Assembly: GCA_021613535.1 (NCBI GenBank)
Contig: CP075496.1
Location: 10,850,001 to 10,914,000, forward strand
Source: Adineta vaga
Lineage: Eukaryota > Animalia > Rotifera
Reading direction: 5' to 3'
DNA: 64,000 nt
The position numbers and the translations under genes are program-made. Numbering within the stretch: the stretch's first letter is position 1; the number at the start of each line of letters is the position of its first letter. The notes under the pieces were generated by a model. That model was given only the letters and a program-made list of their open reading frames with translations, searched no databases and had not been told where the DNA came from. This document shows, in pieces, positions 12,429 through 26,394 of the stretch.

Positions 12429-14642
12429 TTAACCAAAAATACGCCAACGTGTTTTCGGTGATAGTTGTCGTTGTATTGTTTCAGATATTTGTGCATATGA
12501 ACGCATTTGATTTAAACCTTTACCAATACCAACTAAAGCAAGTGGTGTACTAAATATTTTTCGAGCTACTTGATGAATATCTTCAGCTTGAATACGACGT
12601 ATTCGATTGAAATAATAATCAGCTTGTTGACGTTTATCAACGAAGAGTACTTGTCGAGCTACATCTTCAAAAACAACTGGACGTTGTTCTAAATTCATAA
12701 ATAACATCGATTGTAATTGTGTTTTAGCTCGTTCAAGTTCAACAGATTCCGGTAGATAAGATACAAGATAACCTATTTCACGTATGGCAACATCGGTCAT
12801 ATTACGGAGATAGGATGGATAACCACCAAAATGAAAATATAAGCATCCTGAATCAGTGTAAGCTTGATTATAAGATATCGCTGTTTTGATTTCTTCATTT
12901 CTATTGATAGAAAAAAAATTAGTAAGAAGCAATATTCTCTTTTATTATCATTGTTTTAAACTTACCTGTTGAGAACATTCATGTAGAAACGAGAATAAAG
13001 TCCTTTACCTGGACCACCAGCACTAAATGAACCACCGCCACCTAACAATTGACTTAATACACAAGCAGCAACAAATTCCTGTTCGTCTTTATGAGATGGA
13101 GCTATTGTAATTAGAGAATTTAGTATTTCTTTATCTAATATATAAGTATATATATGTTTAAGTTTACCTTCAAAACCTAATCCGATATGAGCAATTTCTG
13201 GTAAAGGATCAGCACCAAATGATAAATGACTTAGATCACGTTCTTCCTATATATTAAAACAGAACAAAGTTCCTATTATTCTATTGATCTAATTCATATT
13301 TTAAACATCGTTCACATTAGAAAAAACTATCATCTATTAAGCTGTACTAATCTTATTACCATAAGAGTTCCACCAATCCACACAGCTTTGTTATCTGCTG
13401 AAGTTTGCTCATCAACGTTCTTCTTGTCATTTTTTGGTACAGAAAAATATTTTTTCCCTAAATCAACAAGTTGTTGATGATCAATTCCAACACCAGCAAG
13501 TACCATTCGTTCTGGTTGATAGAATTCTTTCATATATGATCGTAATATTGATGCATCTATTCGTGTAATATTTTCTTCTGGTGTATATTTTGGTAGACCT
13601 AATGATTTCTTTCCATAGCCAGCCTTAAAAAAATATCGAATAGAATAAAAAATACATCATTCAGAAGTGCAAAGAACTTATTTACAGCATGAATCATATC
13701 AGTTAAAAGAGGTGTTGGATCATATCGTCGATTTTTCAAATCATCGATTTCATTGAAAACTGCTGCTTGTGCACCTTCGATCTACGAGAAAAGAATTCGA
13801 AATAGTTCATAAGGAAGACATCAAATTCCTACTTCTTCTGGAAGTAATTTTGGACGAAATATGGTTTCTGAAAGTAATTCAATAACACGTTCAAGTCCAC
13901 TTGTTCGACAAGACAATGCATAGATAATAACATCTCTATACAGATGAATAATTGAATTTTTGAAGAAAAAAACGCACTTTCTTTCATTTACCGTGCTGTT
14001 TGACAATCGCATATTGCATTTACTTGATGTAATGAATCGATCACTTGTTCACGATTTTCGTACTTTTTTGTTGACTAAAAAATCTTTCAAAATTACTTTT
14101 CTTTCTTCTTCAAACTATTCTTACCATAAATGCTAATTTTTCGAGAAAGTGTGAAACACCACTGATATACTTTCCTTCATATCGAGGTCCCGCAGAGATA
14201 ATAACTAGAATTAAATTAATAAAAATTAAAAAAGAACAATCAAACTATATTCATACCTCCAACAGTACAAAAGTCACCAAATAGTTTCTCCGAAGCAATC
14301 TTTCAATATAATCAAATCAATGATCAATATAAGAAATATAAAACATGAAATATACTAACTCGAAGACCATTATCAAGTTTAGTCACATTTGTTTCATATC
14401 GATTTGCATCTGGTATAGCATATTTTACAGATGGTAACCCCAATGGTGATTTTGATAAAGCAGGAAAATTATAAACTGATGATACAGTTGAATCCCGTCC
14501 AAGACTCGGAGAACTTTCTACATGACGCAATCTAAACGTTTGATAATTATTATATGAAAATAATGTTTGAAGAAAATTGCATCTACCTGCGAAATATACT
14601 AGGTGACGTTTGTCGACAAAATAAACGAACTGCCTGGAGCAT
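12429..14642 (-). CDS. PMPCA: Mitochondrial-processing peptidase alpha subunit
   Basis: Presequence-like [18 protein letters not shown]; TKLDNGLR; [11 protein letters not shown]; glycine-rich loop [25 protein letters not shown]; [18 protein letters not shown]. Confidence 0.95.
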
Positions 14643-14893
14643 TTTGATCGATTACAAAACAGAGAAAGATAGTTTGCAGAAATAATGATAGTTTTTACGT
14701 ACTAAACTAGGTATCAACTGTGTTATTGGTGAAACTAATAAACGAATACTCGATCATTCATGTGTAGGACGAACTCAACGACTTTTAGCGACGTCTGCCG
14801 GAATGACATTTCTTTGTACACTTATTCTAAGGTATTTATTAGCGATTTTTTTTCCTTTATCACATTTTATTTTCTAAGAAACAAAAACATTCA

Positions 14894-15433
14894 TTAGACA
14901 ATATCAACTGTACTATTTTGATTCATCGTCGATCGAACTGTTGTTAAAAGATCGACAATATCCATTAAACGATCACCCAATTGAATAGCCAAATCACGTG
15001 TTAATGATCCATTGAAATTAATAACAATTTTTGACATAACAATATTATTTGAGTTGATCGAATGTTCACTGAATAAAAGTTCACAGAGAAGACTACCATT
15101 TTTCCTATCAATGAATGTATTATTAATTGAGACAAAATCTTCAGATGCATTTGAATGAAGAACAACAGAAATAGAATCATTATTACGGCTAAAGTTCGAT
15201 TGAAATACGTGCGGTTTATCATTAATTAAGGGAAGATGAGTTGTGTCCTCTTCATATGGAGTTGTTGTTGTTTCCGTACTAGATACAGTGACGGAATGTT
15301 GTATGGTTCTTGGTTCAATTGGATATGCTGATGTCATGTAGGTTTTTGCAGAAGAAGTCGTATTTATTGAAAAAATTGATTTACAATTAGAAACAAGCAT
15401 GTAAGAAAAGAAAAGAAGAATATGAATTGTCAT
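14894..15433 (-). CDS. Hypothetical secreted S/T-rich protein, intronless
   Basis: 179-aa ORF with signal-peptide-like N-terminus (MTIHILLFFSYMLVSNCKS) and several N-x-S/T sequons. Confidence 0.5.
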   Translation of the reverse strand: MTIHILLFFSYMLVSNCKSIFSINTTSSAKTYMTSAYPIEPRTIQHSVTVSSTETTTTPYEEDTTHLPLINDKPHVFQSNFSRNNDSISVVLHSNASEDFVSINNTFIDRKNGSLLCELLFSEHSINSNNIVMSKIVINFNGSLTRDLAIQLGDRLMDIVDLLTTVRSTMNQNSTVDIV

Positions 15434-15906
15434 ATTGAATCAATAGAATGAGGCATTATTCTTCTTTTCGAATCTATATATATATACATATCTTATTTTC
15501 AAACAATGACCGACGATTATGAACAGACTATTCAAAAGAATGAATGATTTATGATTGCACTTTTTTTCGTATTGGATAATACTATGTTTTACTGCTATTG
15601 AACTGCAATATTTGTTTTGTCTGTTTTACATCATAATAGAGAGAAAAAATCTTCTCAAATATCGTAAAAAATTCAATCAATATGTTGACATTAATAGTGT
15701 TACCTTTCGTCATTTCATCTTCTTTACTTGATTAATAAAGAGTAGGTGGAATATCAAAAAAAAGAAACCTTCTATACTCTTTGTAAAACATGAAAAGAAT
15801 GAAGTAGCAAAGGTAAATAATTCGAATGATATTACATATAAAAATGGGATAGTTATAAGCAACAGCATCTATTTGTAAAAAAAGAAGTGTGAAAAGAGTA
15901 AGAAAT

Positions 15907-16819
15907 ATGTTACCTCCTGTACCAGTTGTTCAACCAACAATTCCTGTTAAAATAGAACCACCATCATCATTGCCATTATTACCAGAACAACCTGTCACAT
16001 CGATATTATGGAAAACAAAATTTCCAACAATTTTCTCGAGTATAATTTGTTTTCTTCAATATGGAATTACATTTATTATTATTGGATGTGAAATTGGTAG
16101 TGTACTTATTGACATGGTTACAGCTACAATTTATGTTGGCTTTTGGGCGAGTATATTTTTTATTAGTGCATGTATTTCACAAGGCGTATCATGTATGTTA
16201 CACTCTTATTGATTGAAAAATGATCCTTTTGAGATATTATTTTCTAGCTTGTTGTTGTCGCGGTCGTCCTTGTGCAACATTTGCACTTATAAATCAATGT
16301 ATAGCATTAGTCTTTGCAACTTGTGTTATTGGATTTGACGCATACTTTATTAGTTATCCAACAACATGTTTTTTTCCTTCAGATGTTTGTAGTAGTTCAT
16401 CAAATACGCGCGGTGTATTTTTTTCAACAACGAATTTCTATAATGTTAAAATCCCATTAATCAAAGGGCAATTAGCTGCTGGTGCAGTGATGTTTGTTTT
16501 ATGTTTAATTTGTATCGCGATCTATATTTTTACTGCAATGCAAGTATATCGAGTCAGTAAACCCTCGACTACTTATCCACCAACACAATATACATCAACA
16601 GCAACAGCACAGAATATTCCACCAGTACTACCAACAGGACCTGATGGTTTAATCATTGCTCCACCGCTTCAAAATGTTCGTCCACGTAAACCTGGTTCTC
16701 CTCTATATCATCGTCCTATGATTCATCTTGATACTAATGATGTTCATACAAATGATCTAATATGTCCAACTTGTAATTCAGTGATGGCTTTAACTTTACA
16801 TAATAAATCATCAGTATAA
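15907..16819 (+). CDS. Four-TM membrane protein (MS4A/CD20-like layout), paralog A
   Basis: Two exons, intron ~16193-16247. KFPTI...GCEIGSVLID...IYVGFW | CCCRGRPCAT...; Pro-rich tail ending LICPTCNSVMAL. Confidence 0.75.
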
Positions 16820-17315
16820 TCAATGACTTACTATGTATATAAAGAAAATACAAAGACTATTTTTACTTTTGAATATACGGATCTATATATTTCATTTGAT
16901 GAACAGATTATTTCTTTTGAATAAATATTTTGTTAATCATTAAACACTTTTAGAAAGAGATCATATATCAGTTGAAATTTTATTATATACATAAACGTGA
17001 GAAAAGTAGTGATTCTCGATGAAGATTGAATTACATTTGATCTCTTCATTGTATATGAATATACTATTTCACTGATCAGATTTATCTGACGACAAATATA
17101 AGAGTGTCAATTTGAATGGTTCAATACATCAATTTTCTTTGGAATCTTATTGTTGAAAGTGCACGTTATTTTTTATGAGATGTTTGTTTGAAACAAGAGA
17201 AATTGGAAATAAAAGTAAAGAAAAAAGAAAACCTAGTAATCGATTGATTGATCAAACAAAAAAATACAATGAATACCATTGACTTAGAAAGAATGCAAAT
17301 TAAAATATCATAATC

Positions 17316-19035
17316 ATGAATAACAATGTTGACGAAATTGAATTAGAAAAACGATGGCATGACAAATTCCCATCAATTCTCTCTGGTCTATCTGCTTTCT
17401 ATCTATGTCTTTGTACAGTTGCTATCATCGGTTGTGAATTAGGTAGTGTTCTTATTGATCAATTTAATAGTACAATTTATGTTGGATTTTGGTCAAGTTT
17501 ATTCTTCATAGTCGCATGGATATTACAAGGACTTGCCGGTATTTTGATAATTTCATTATGATATAGTTATTTTTTGTTTCATTGACATTATAGTATCTCG
17601 CTGTCGCACTCGTCAATGTGCAACATATACACTTATATTTCAATGTATTTCATTAGTTTTTGCTGCATGTATCATTGGTTTCGATGCTTATTTTCTAGTT
17701 TATCCTACGACATGTTTTTTTCCAATATCATCATGTAATAGTAATGGAACGAGTCGTGGAATATTTTATTCGAAAAGGAATTTTAATGATATTAAAATTG
17801 TATTAATTAAAACACAGTTAGCAATTGCAGCAGTGATGTTGGCTTTTTTTATCGCATATATCATAATGTATACTGTAACGCGTATGCGATTAAAGACTAA
17901 TAAACAATCGATATCCAAAGATTTGAACAAATCGAAAACAATTTTAATTAATGATACCAATGATGCAGTTTCAGAAAGAACAACATATGTTTTAACGACT
18001 ACTGAAAACATAATGAAGTCTTTATCGCCATCAACTACAGATATAGATGTTACTACTAAATCTGATGATATACAGTCTACTGTTCCAACGAAAATCACAG
18101 ATCTCGTTGTTACGGATGTTGACGAAAAAATTATGGAATTTCAACCAACTTCAACTGAAAATCATTCTACTAAAAATGTACTATTGACAGAAACAACGTA
18201 TGTTGTAAGCACGAATGAACAAATCGAAAAATCTGTACCATCGTCAACTACATGTACTAATATATCAACAAAAAAGACACATACTGTCACTACAAATAGA
18301 AACGTAGGGAAACCGTTATCATCATCATCATCAAATATTCGTTCGAATGTTGTCATAAATAATCGTAATACTACAAATCGAATTCCAACAGTACAGAAGA
18401 CACATGGTTTAACAACTGAAAAAAGTATTACAAAATCTTTATCGCGTTCAACTACGCGTTCAAATATTCCAGCTAAAGATCGTATCACTAGAAATAAAGT
18501 TTCGTCGACAGCAGCAGAGACACATACTTGGGATGTTAATAAAAATACGACAAAATCTTTACCGTCGTCAATTATAGATGTAAATATTTCAACTAAAATT
18601 GATGATAAAAAACCTATCATCTCACCAAAATTCACTCAATTCAATGTTGTAAATGTTGATAAGACCGTAACGGAATCTTTCTCATCGTCGACCTTCGATA
18701 TGAATATCTCATCTTGGAATAATAATACTAAAAGTGTACGTTCAACAAAACCGACACCAATACATATTTGGGATACCGATGAAAACGGCATCAAAAATGT
18801 ATCACCTTCAGAAACGGACATGAATGTTTTGGCCTGGATGAATCATACTACCAATTCAGTTATATCAAAAACTATGGATACAGACACTTCGATAACTCAT
18901 GAAAAGATTTTATCAAATATAAATATGCCTACTTTGACTTTAACGAACACTACAACACAAACTTCTTTCAGTGAATCTCCCTATCGTTCTCGATGGTCAA
19001 TTAATTCCGATAATTCCCTTCCAGTTGAATTATAA
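17316..19035 (+). CDS. Four-TM membrane protein, paralog B, with long T/S-rich repetitive tail
   Basis: Exon 17316-17539 (KFPSI...GCELGSVLID...IYVGFW) splices at ~17593 into SRCRTRQCAT...GFDAYFLVYPTTCFFP, in frame with ORF 17833-19035. Confidence 0.75.
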
Positions 19036-19300
19036 AAAGATCGATAAACATATTTTTACCTAATACAGAAGGTAATTATCTCTTTTTCTGTATATATATT
19101 CAATAAATCGAACTTTATTTTTACAATTTATTACTATATAATTATTCGATTCGTTGCTTCAAAATACCTGGAGGTATATACTTTTCTTCTTTTTTTATAT
19201 GAATATTTTCAATCATTTATTCTTTTGAATTGAATGTGTTTTTTTTCTCGATCTATTCAATCAAACGAATAAATACATCAATCATCGAATATATACGTGT

Positions 19301-19321
19301 ATGCAATGCAATGCAATGCAA
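19301..19321. repeat. (ATGCA)n microsatellite
   Basis: atgcaatgcaatgcaatgcaa. Confidence 0.7.
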
Positions 19322-20239
19322 GCGACAATACGAATTTTATATTGATTAACCATTACTGACATCTACTCCTGTTATCTATATATTTCGAAACAAGAACCAA
19401 TAATAAAAACTCGTATGATTCATTCATTATTGTATTATTATTATATTATTTAACCCTACACCGACGACTAAGTAAGAAGAAGATAAACACACTGTGAATC
19501 AAACGAGAAAAAAAAAGATAGAAGAAAGAATGAGAGTAAGAACGAAATTTTATATATATTCATTCTTCCGATTTATTTGTGCAGGTCAGCTTAACTAAAC
19601 AACTAGACGACAGCTTACTGTTTTCTTTTTTCTTCTTTATTCTATTTCTTTCTCTAGAAAATGTCAAAGTATTGTCATCAATCTATTGTTCAAAGCAAAG
19701 GCAAAAAAAATTTCTCAATTTGTTTGTTTCATCTAAATTTGAAATTTGATCTTATCAATTCTTTTCTAATTGTCTTTCTTCTTCTTCTTCTTCTTCGTTT
19801 TTTTTGACCCTGACATTCGTCATCTTTTTTCTTCTATGAGAATAAAAGAACATCATAAGAAATACTGTGCGTATTGAGAATAGAAAGGATGATACGGATG
19901 TGTACGTCGCCTATTACCATTACGTACCATCATTCTTGCTACCTACGCTCGCGAGCATGTATACACACATCGCAAGCCATAAAGTAAGCAAAAGAAACGA
20001 GACAAAGACAGATGTTCTGTTCTATTCTATACTATTCTTTGTTTAATATGTATACACTCTCATAGAAAGAAAAAACAGAACACTAGCTACTGAACAAGAG
20101 TAGTCAATGTGACTAGAAGAGTACAAGATAAATATGCATGACCTGATTTTATTTTATTTATTTAGAATATGTTGTTAGTAGGCAGTTTGAAAATTTTCTT
20201 TCTTATGTGATGGCATTCAATAATAATAATACCATTGAT

Positions 20240-23196
20240 ATGCTAAATTCAATCGACGAAATGTCGATACTTAAAGAAGATGACAGTCCACAACAACAAA
20301 TTAACGAACAGTCTATAACAGCCCAAGAACTTGAAAAAAATCGAGAATGTAAGATATACATACAAACTAGTTTGTTTTCTTGAAATGTAAGTTTGCTTTA
20401 TTTTCATTTTCAAAATAGCACTTAAACGAAAATTACAAACACGTCGATCATTAAAACAACTTGTCGATGTTGGAATTATGCCCCCTCCGAAAGCACCCTT
20501 ACCCTATTTTGAACAACGTAAACAATTACAAATGCGAAAAGTAAGAGAGAAAAAAACAAACATATCTGAATATAATTAACAAAGAAAAACTCGTTCATAT
20601 TTATTTGTAGACACAAGATATATTAAAAAATAAAATTATTTCTCGTCCTGATCGTCAATTGTTAATTGAACACAACATTCTGTCAGATACAACAGCTGCA
20701 CCGGCTATACAAAAAACCCAACGTCAATTAAAACGTGCTCGTTTAGCTGATAATTTGAATGACAAATTAGCAGCACGTCCTGGCATTTTAGAATTAGTAG
20801 CAAATAATATTTTAGAAATAGATCCTAATCTTAAAGAAGCTATTCAAGGTGGACGAATTAAATTTCCTAGTACAAAATCACCATCATCACCAATCATAAC
20901 GACTACAACTACGAATACATCAGTTTACTGTTCAACAGATTTGCAACAACAACGACCACTTCGTCCGAAAACATCATCGTTTTCCAATACAACTAGTGGA
21001 CAAATATCTTCAACAGTTACAAAACGTTCGTTAACATCAACATCAAAAGTAAAATCAAGTTTAACATTTCATGAATATAAAGGACCATCGAGAAAAGCGG
21101 AAGTGACAAAAGTACCTTTACAACCAACACCATCTCTTATTGTTCAACCAGTTCAAGCAACACTTGTACCATTTGTACCTCTAGAGCATAATAATACATT
21201 GAACGAAAATCACTATCGCATACAATTACGACAACAGCAACTATTCCTCGAACTTCTTCATGATACCAAATCGGGAGAAAACGATGAAGAAAATATTCAA
21301 TATGAAATACATCATGAAGATAATTTAATTGGAAATCTTCTTCAACAACCAATTGATGATAGTGTGAATATTCTATCGGCAATAAATGTTGATATTCAAG
21401 CATTTGAAAAAATGAAAGTTACTGATTTACGAAATGAATGTCGAAAATTGAATTTAAGTGCAACGGGTACAAAAATGAAATTAATTGAAAAATTAAGAAA
21501 TGCGAAAGTCAAAATGTCAGGTAAGAAAATGAAATCATTCAAAAATGACTTTTTTTTAAATTTGCTATTCAATGATCTATTTAGATACAGCAATTGTTCC
21601 ATCGCAAACAATGAATACTGAACCATCTTCATCGCTTCGACTTCTAAGTAAGAAAATCAACGAATCTGTTATTTAAACTAATGACATTGACTTTTGCTTT
21701 TTTTTGATAATGAAATGAATAAGTGATAACAGTTGTAAGCAACAATAACAACCGAGATTTCCTCAATGAAATCGAGTGTAATGTAGAACATGTGCGAATG
21801 ATTTCCTTCAAGCGATTATATTAATTGTTACAATCGATTGACATGATTACTACTCATTTTCTATATCGATTATATAACGACGATAAATGATCAAGTCAAC
21901 AAACAGACTATGTGTTTTTATCGAACATTCGTCAAAGAGATATGTGAAACAACGTTGTTTCTTATTGACTAGAAATTATTCGAAGAAATATTCGTCTATT
22001 TCTTTGAAATGCGGTATTTGATAACCTTTTTAGACAGAAAATCAAGACATACTTTGACAATTTATTTGAAGAATGTGAAAGATATTCTTTATTCAATCGT
22101 TAGATCTTTCTCTTAACGAAGTTTTCCCATGAAATAAAAATGAACCAGATTTTATTCATTTAGTTTCCACTTCATCATTGAGTGATCAAGAACTCTATCA
22201 ACAACAGCAACAAAAGATTGTCGAATTAGAAGATCAATTACAAAAAATGAAACAACTCGATTCATATTCACTTCAATCATCCCATCTTCTTCAACATATA
22301 GATCATACAACAGCAACGAATGTATAGAAAAATCTTTTGATCTCATTGAAAACTACATATATATATATATATATATTCATAATTGTAGATTACACCTAAG
22401 TGCAATCCAATTTTATGTGTACAAATACAAAAACGTAAGAGAACGAATTCTTTTCAAATCAGTTAGTCATATATTCAATTCTCTATTTTGTAGGTATACT
22501 CATGGAACAACAAGAAAAACTGAAACAAAAGATTTATGATGAACAGAATCATCATCAACAACAACAACAGCAGCATTCCATTGTTCCATTAACACCTGAA
22601 TCTGTTGCTCGATTCCTTGCAAATCAAACTCAATCCCAAACATCAACTACTCATCCATGGCCGATACATCATTCAATATCTGCTCCAACATTTCCAACAC
22701 ATATGGATAGTAATTTTTATGAAACATGTCCATCGGTAAGTTTGAAAATATGATTATTAAACAAAACAAATACATTTCGTTTCTTCTCTTTAGATGAATA
22801 CAGACGGAAAACTTGATGATGATGCTATACTTAGCTTACTGGATGATTATGCAGGTAAATATTCGGATATGATTTCAAAGACAACGACATTTTTCTCCTC
22901 GTTTTTCGATGATTTTAGATCCTAGTTCAACATTACCATTATCTACAGATAGTTCTCTATCAAATCCAACCAATTCCTGTGTATCTTCATCTCCTTCTAC
23001 ACATATGGATTGGATGCCAATGACATCGCCGACCATAGTACATGATTTTTATGATGATAATAATTCTGATTTTACACAATTTCTTAATCAATTCGGTAAT
23101 GATCATCATCTTCTTTTCGATTCAACGTTGACAGCATGTCAACAACAGAATACAATTTCCTTTGATTTACTTTCGCCATCAAGTCCAATGATTTGA
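20240..23196 (+). CDS. MRTF: Myocardin-related transcription factor (RPEL repeats plus SAP domain)
   Basis: Three RPEL repeats (LKRKLQTRRSLKQLVDVGIMP; LKNKIISRPDRQLLIEHNIL; LNDKLAARPGILELVANNIL), FHEYKGP, LRQQQLFLEL, SAP domain MKVTDLRNECRKLNLSATGTKMKLIEKL, leucine zipper, acidic C-terminus. Confidence 0.92.
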
Positions 23197-23794
23197 TTCG
23201 TGCTTTGCTTGTCTTATTTCTATATGTTTTGTTTGTCCTTCTTTTGTTATTTGTGTGAGTGTGTTTTTTATACATATATTTTTTGTTCGTCGTCACCCGT
23301 TATTTCTATCGACATTCAGACACAGAAAAAAAAACTTGAAATAAATAAATATATACATATCTAATATTATTTGACTTTGCTTTTCTTTTTTTTATAACGG
23401 GTGACGCATAATTAATCTTTTGCGATATTTAATAAAAATCAAAAGTCTAACAAAATTATTTTATCAATGAAATGTTTGTCATAATCAGATACAAAATCTT
23501 TTGTATTGAATTGTTCTTTAGGCATTCGTTTCCATTCATATTTTATTTATTAGAATTAAAATTGATGAATCATTTTTTTTTGAATAAGACTATCATCTCT
23601 ATACGAAGTACATGCATTTGTTTTTTATTTGTCGTGTTATCTTATCAGAAGATTTTCGTTATCTACACAAGTAATTCTTCTTTCACAGACGACTTGTGAG
23701 TTTGCGTAATCGTATTCTAAAACGATTAGATCAACAAAGTGTGTACTTCTATTAATGAACAATTCGTATTGATTTATAAATTATCGATATTTAG

Positions 23795-26052
23795 ATGAAG
23801 GACTCACATGTCGATGAAATATCTCCATTAATGTTCCATAGTTCTCGTGTCCCACTGAAAACAGATAATCGAACTAAGTTTCAGAAGAGATTCTCTGTTT
23901 TATTCATTCTATTAGCTGTTGGTTTGGAACGATTAGTATTTTATTCTTTATCTGGCAATTTAATACTCTTTCTAACATCAGATCATATTCGTTGGTCATC
24001 ACTTCACAGTATTACAGCATCATTTATCTTCTTTGGTAAAATACTTTTCAATTTCTATATTATATTCTATATCTTTTCAATAAAGGAACAAGTTATGCAT
24101 CAACATTATTTTTCTCGTGGATAAGTGATGCAAAACTTGGTCGTGCAAGAACAATTGTTGTTGGTAAAAGAAATATCTTATTTCATCATAGACCATTACT
24201 GACATGATTGTTCTATAGGTTTTGTATTATATATTGTTGGTTATGTATTTTTCCCGTTATTTTCACATGGAGAAGTATATAAAAGTTTATGCGGAGGATC
24301 ACCTATTCATATTGATGAATCTGCACCATATTTCCATGAAAAATGTAGTATTCAAATAACATTAGTACTTTTTATTACGTAAGTTATTCTTTTGATGAGT
24401 TCTCATTCATTCAATAGACATTATTTGTTTGTATTTGTAGAGCTATTGGTGTAGGAGCAGTTGAAGCTAATATGGCTGTATTAGGTGCTGAACAAATTCG
24501 AGATCAAAAAGCAACGACAAAATATTTTGCAAGATATTATCTTGCTGTGAATATTGGCTCATTTCTTGCCTACGTATTTATCGCATATGTACAACAGAAT
24601 AGATCGTATCATTTAGGTTATTTTATTCCAACTGGATTACTTGCCTTTACATTGATCATATTTCTTGCGGGTTATAAATGTTACATACCTATCAAACCGC
24701 ACGATTCTGTTATGAGTTATTTTTTTCCCGTTTTAATTAATGCATTTCGTAGCTGGCGAACACGTCCACAACTTACACGTAATAAAGTTTGGAAACATCG
24801 ATTTTCACATAAGGCCGTACGAGCTAGTGATCAAATGGATGATAGTGAAAATTTGACATTTAATAATAATGAACGATCAAAATCATTTTTAGATTATGCT
24901 AAAGTAGAATATAATGGTCGATTTCAAGGTCGTATTGTTGATGATATAAAATCACTTCGTCGTATCATTGTGATGTTCATACTTCTAATACCTTATTGGC
25001 TATTATACATTCAGGTAAAGTCTTTATTTTTGAAAGAATTTTCGAAAATTACTTAAATATAGTTGTATTCACACTGATTCATTGATATTTGTTTTAGAGT
25101 GATACAACCTTTATTGTACAAGGTCTACACATGAGAATACCAAAATTTCAATCGGATGCACGACGAATGCCTATCGCTTGGTTATCTCTTAGTGATCAAG
25201 TAGTAATTATTTGTACGTATAGAAATCGTACAGTATATCGATATAGTTTGTTTTGGTGTTTAGCGTAGAATCCGATTAATAGTTATAGAATGTATTGAAA
25301 ATAACGTTTTATTTATTTATTTATTCTAGTTACTATATTCATTTTCAATACATGTATATATAATAAACTCCATGTCAAAAATCGATTACTTTCAATAAAA
25401 GTACGTTTTGTTATTGGAATGATTGCTGCTACGATTTCGATGTGTATAACGGGTACAGTTGAAATCTTTCGTCAACAAAAATGCAATTCACCTTTTTCAC
25501 AAACGATCGGTACATTTCAATTGTAATTATTTGATTTTTACTTATAATATATTATTTCTCATAGGCAATACTGTTTACAATGCATCTGATATGTCCGTAT
25601 TTTATCAATTACCACAATATGTTAGTATGGGTCTATCGGAAGTTTTTGGTTCGATTGCTAGTTTAGAATTTGCTTATTTAACTGCACCACAATCTGCTCA
25701 ATCACTCGTAATGAGCCTTCGATTTTGTTCTGTTGGTCTTTCATCTTTTTTGGCCTCGGGATATATTAATATATATGAAAGATTCAATGCTAATTTTTCT
25801 GTGACAAACTCTGAGGTAAGTAACTAGAACATATGTCTTTTTCTTGTTATAATTTTTGAAAATTCTTAGTGTAAAGATGCAGAAAAACCTGAATTACTCT
25901 ATATTTATTATTTTGTTCTGGCTGGTATTCAATTTCTCTTTATATTTATTTTTCTTGCATGTGATCGAAAATTTCGTATAGTTAAAGCTTCCGAATATCG
26001 ATACAACACACGTCTATTTATTGGACCAGATGCTGGTACATCCACTACATGA
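23795..26052 (+). CDS. SLC15A4: POT/PTR family peptide/histidine transporter (SLC15A4-like)
   Basis: Multi-exon. LAVGLERLVFYSL, WISDAKLGRARTI, LGAEQI, YYLAVNIGS, YQLPQYVSMGLSEVFGSIASLEFAYLTAPQSAQSLVM. Confidence 0.9.
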
Positions 26053-26394
26053 ATTTTGTCTTTCAGATCAATTTAATTTGTTGTTTTGTGTACATTTATA
26101 TTTTGAAATAAAATGAAGGCGTTGAAAAAATCATCATATTTTGTTTCATTTCGAAACGTTTCTAAAGCATCCATTCTCAACTAAACTGTTTAAAATCATA
26201 TTGATGATAGTTTTAAATACATTTGGACATAAGTTTGTTTTTCTTACCACATTGGAAATTAGTATCTTAAATCAATATTATCAAAGAATAAGAGAGAAAG
26301 TAAAGAAAAGTGTTTTCATTTGAATAGACCATTTTTCTCGCTCTCTCACATGCAGTTGAAGTTGTTACCTTTTTAGAGAAAAAAGAAACGATCA

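Noticed and set aside
17766-18821. Antisense ORFs over long coding exons (also 4883-5296, 21137-21632, 26411-27097, 31123-35722)
   Set aside because: Shadow or alternate frames of real genes with no independent protein features.
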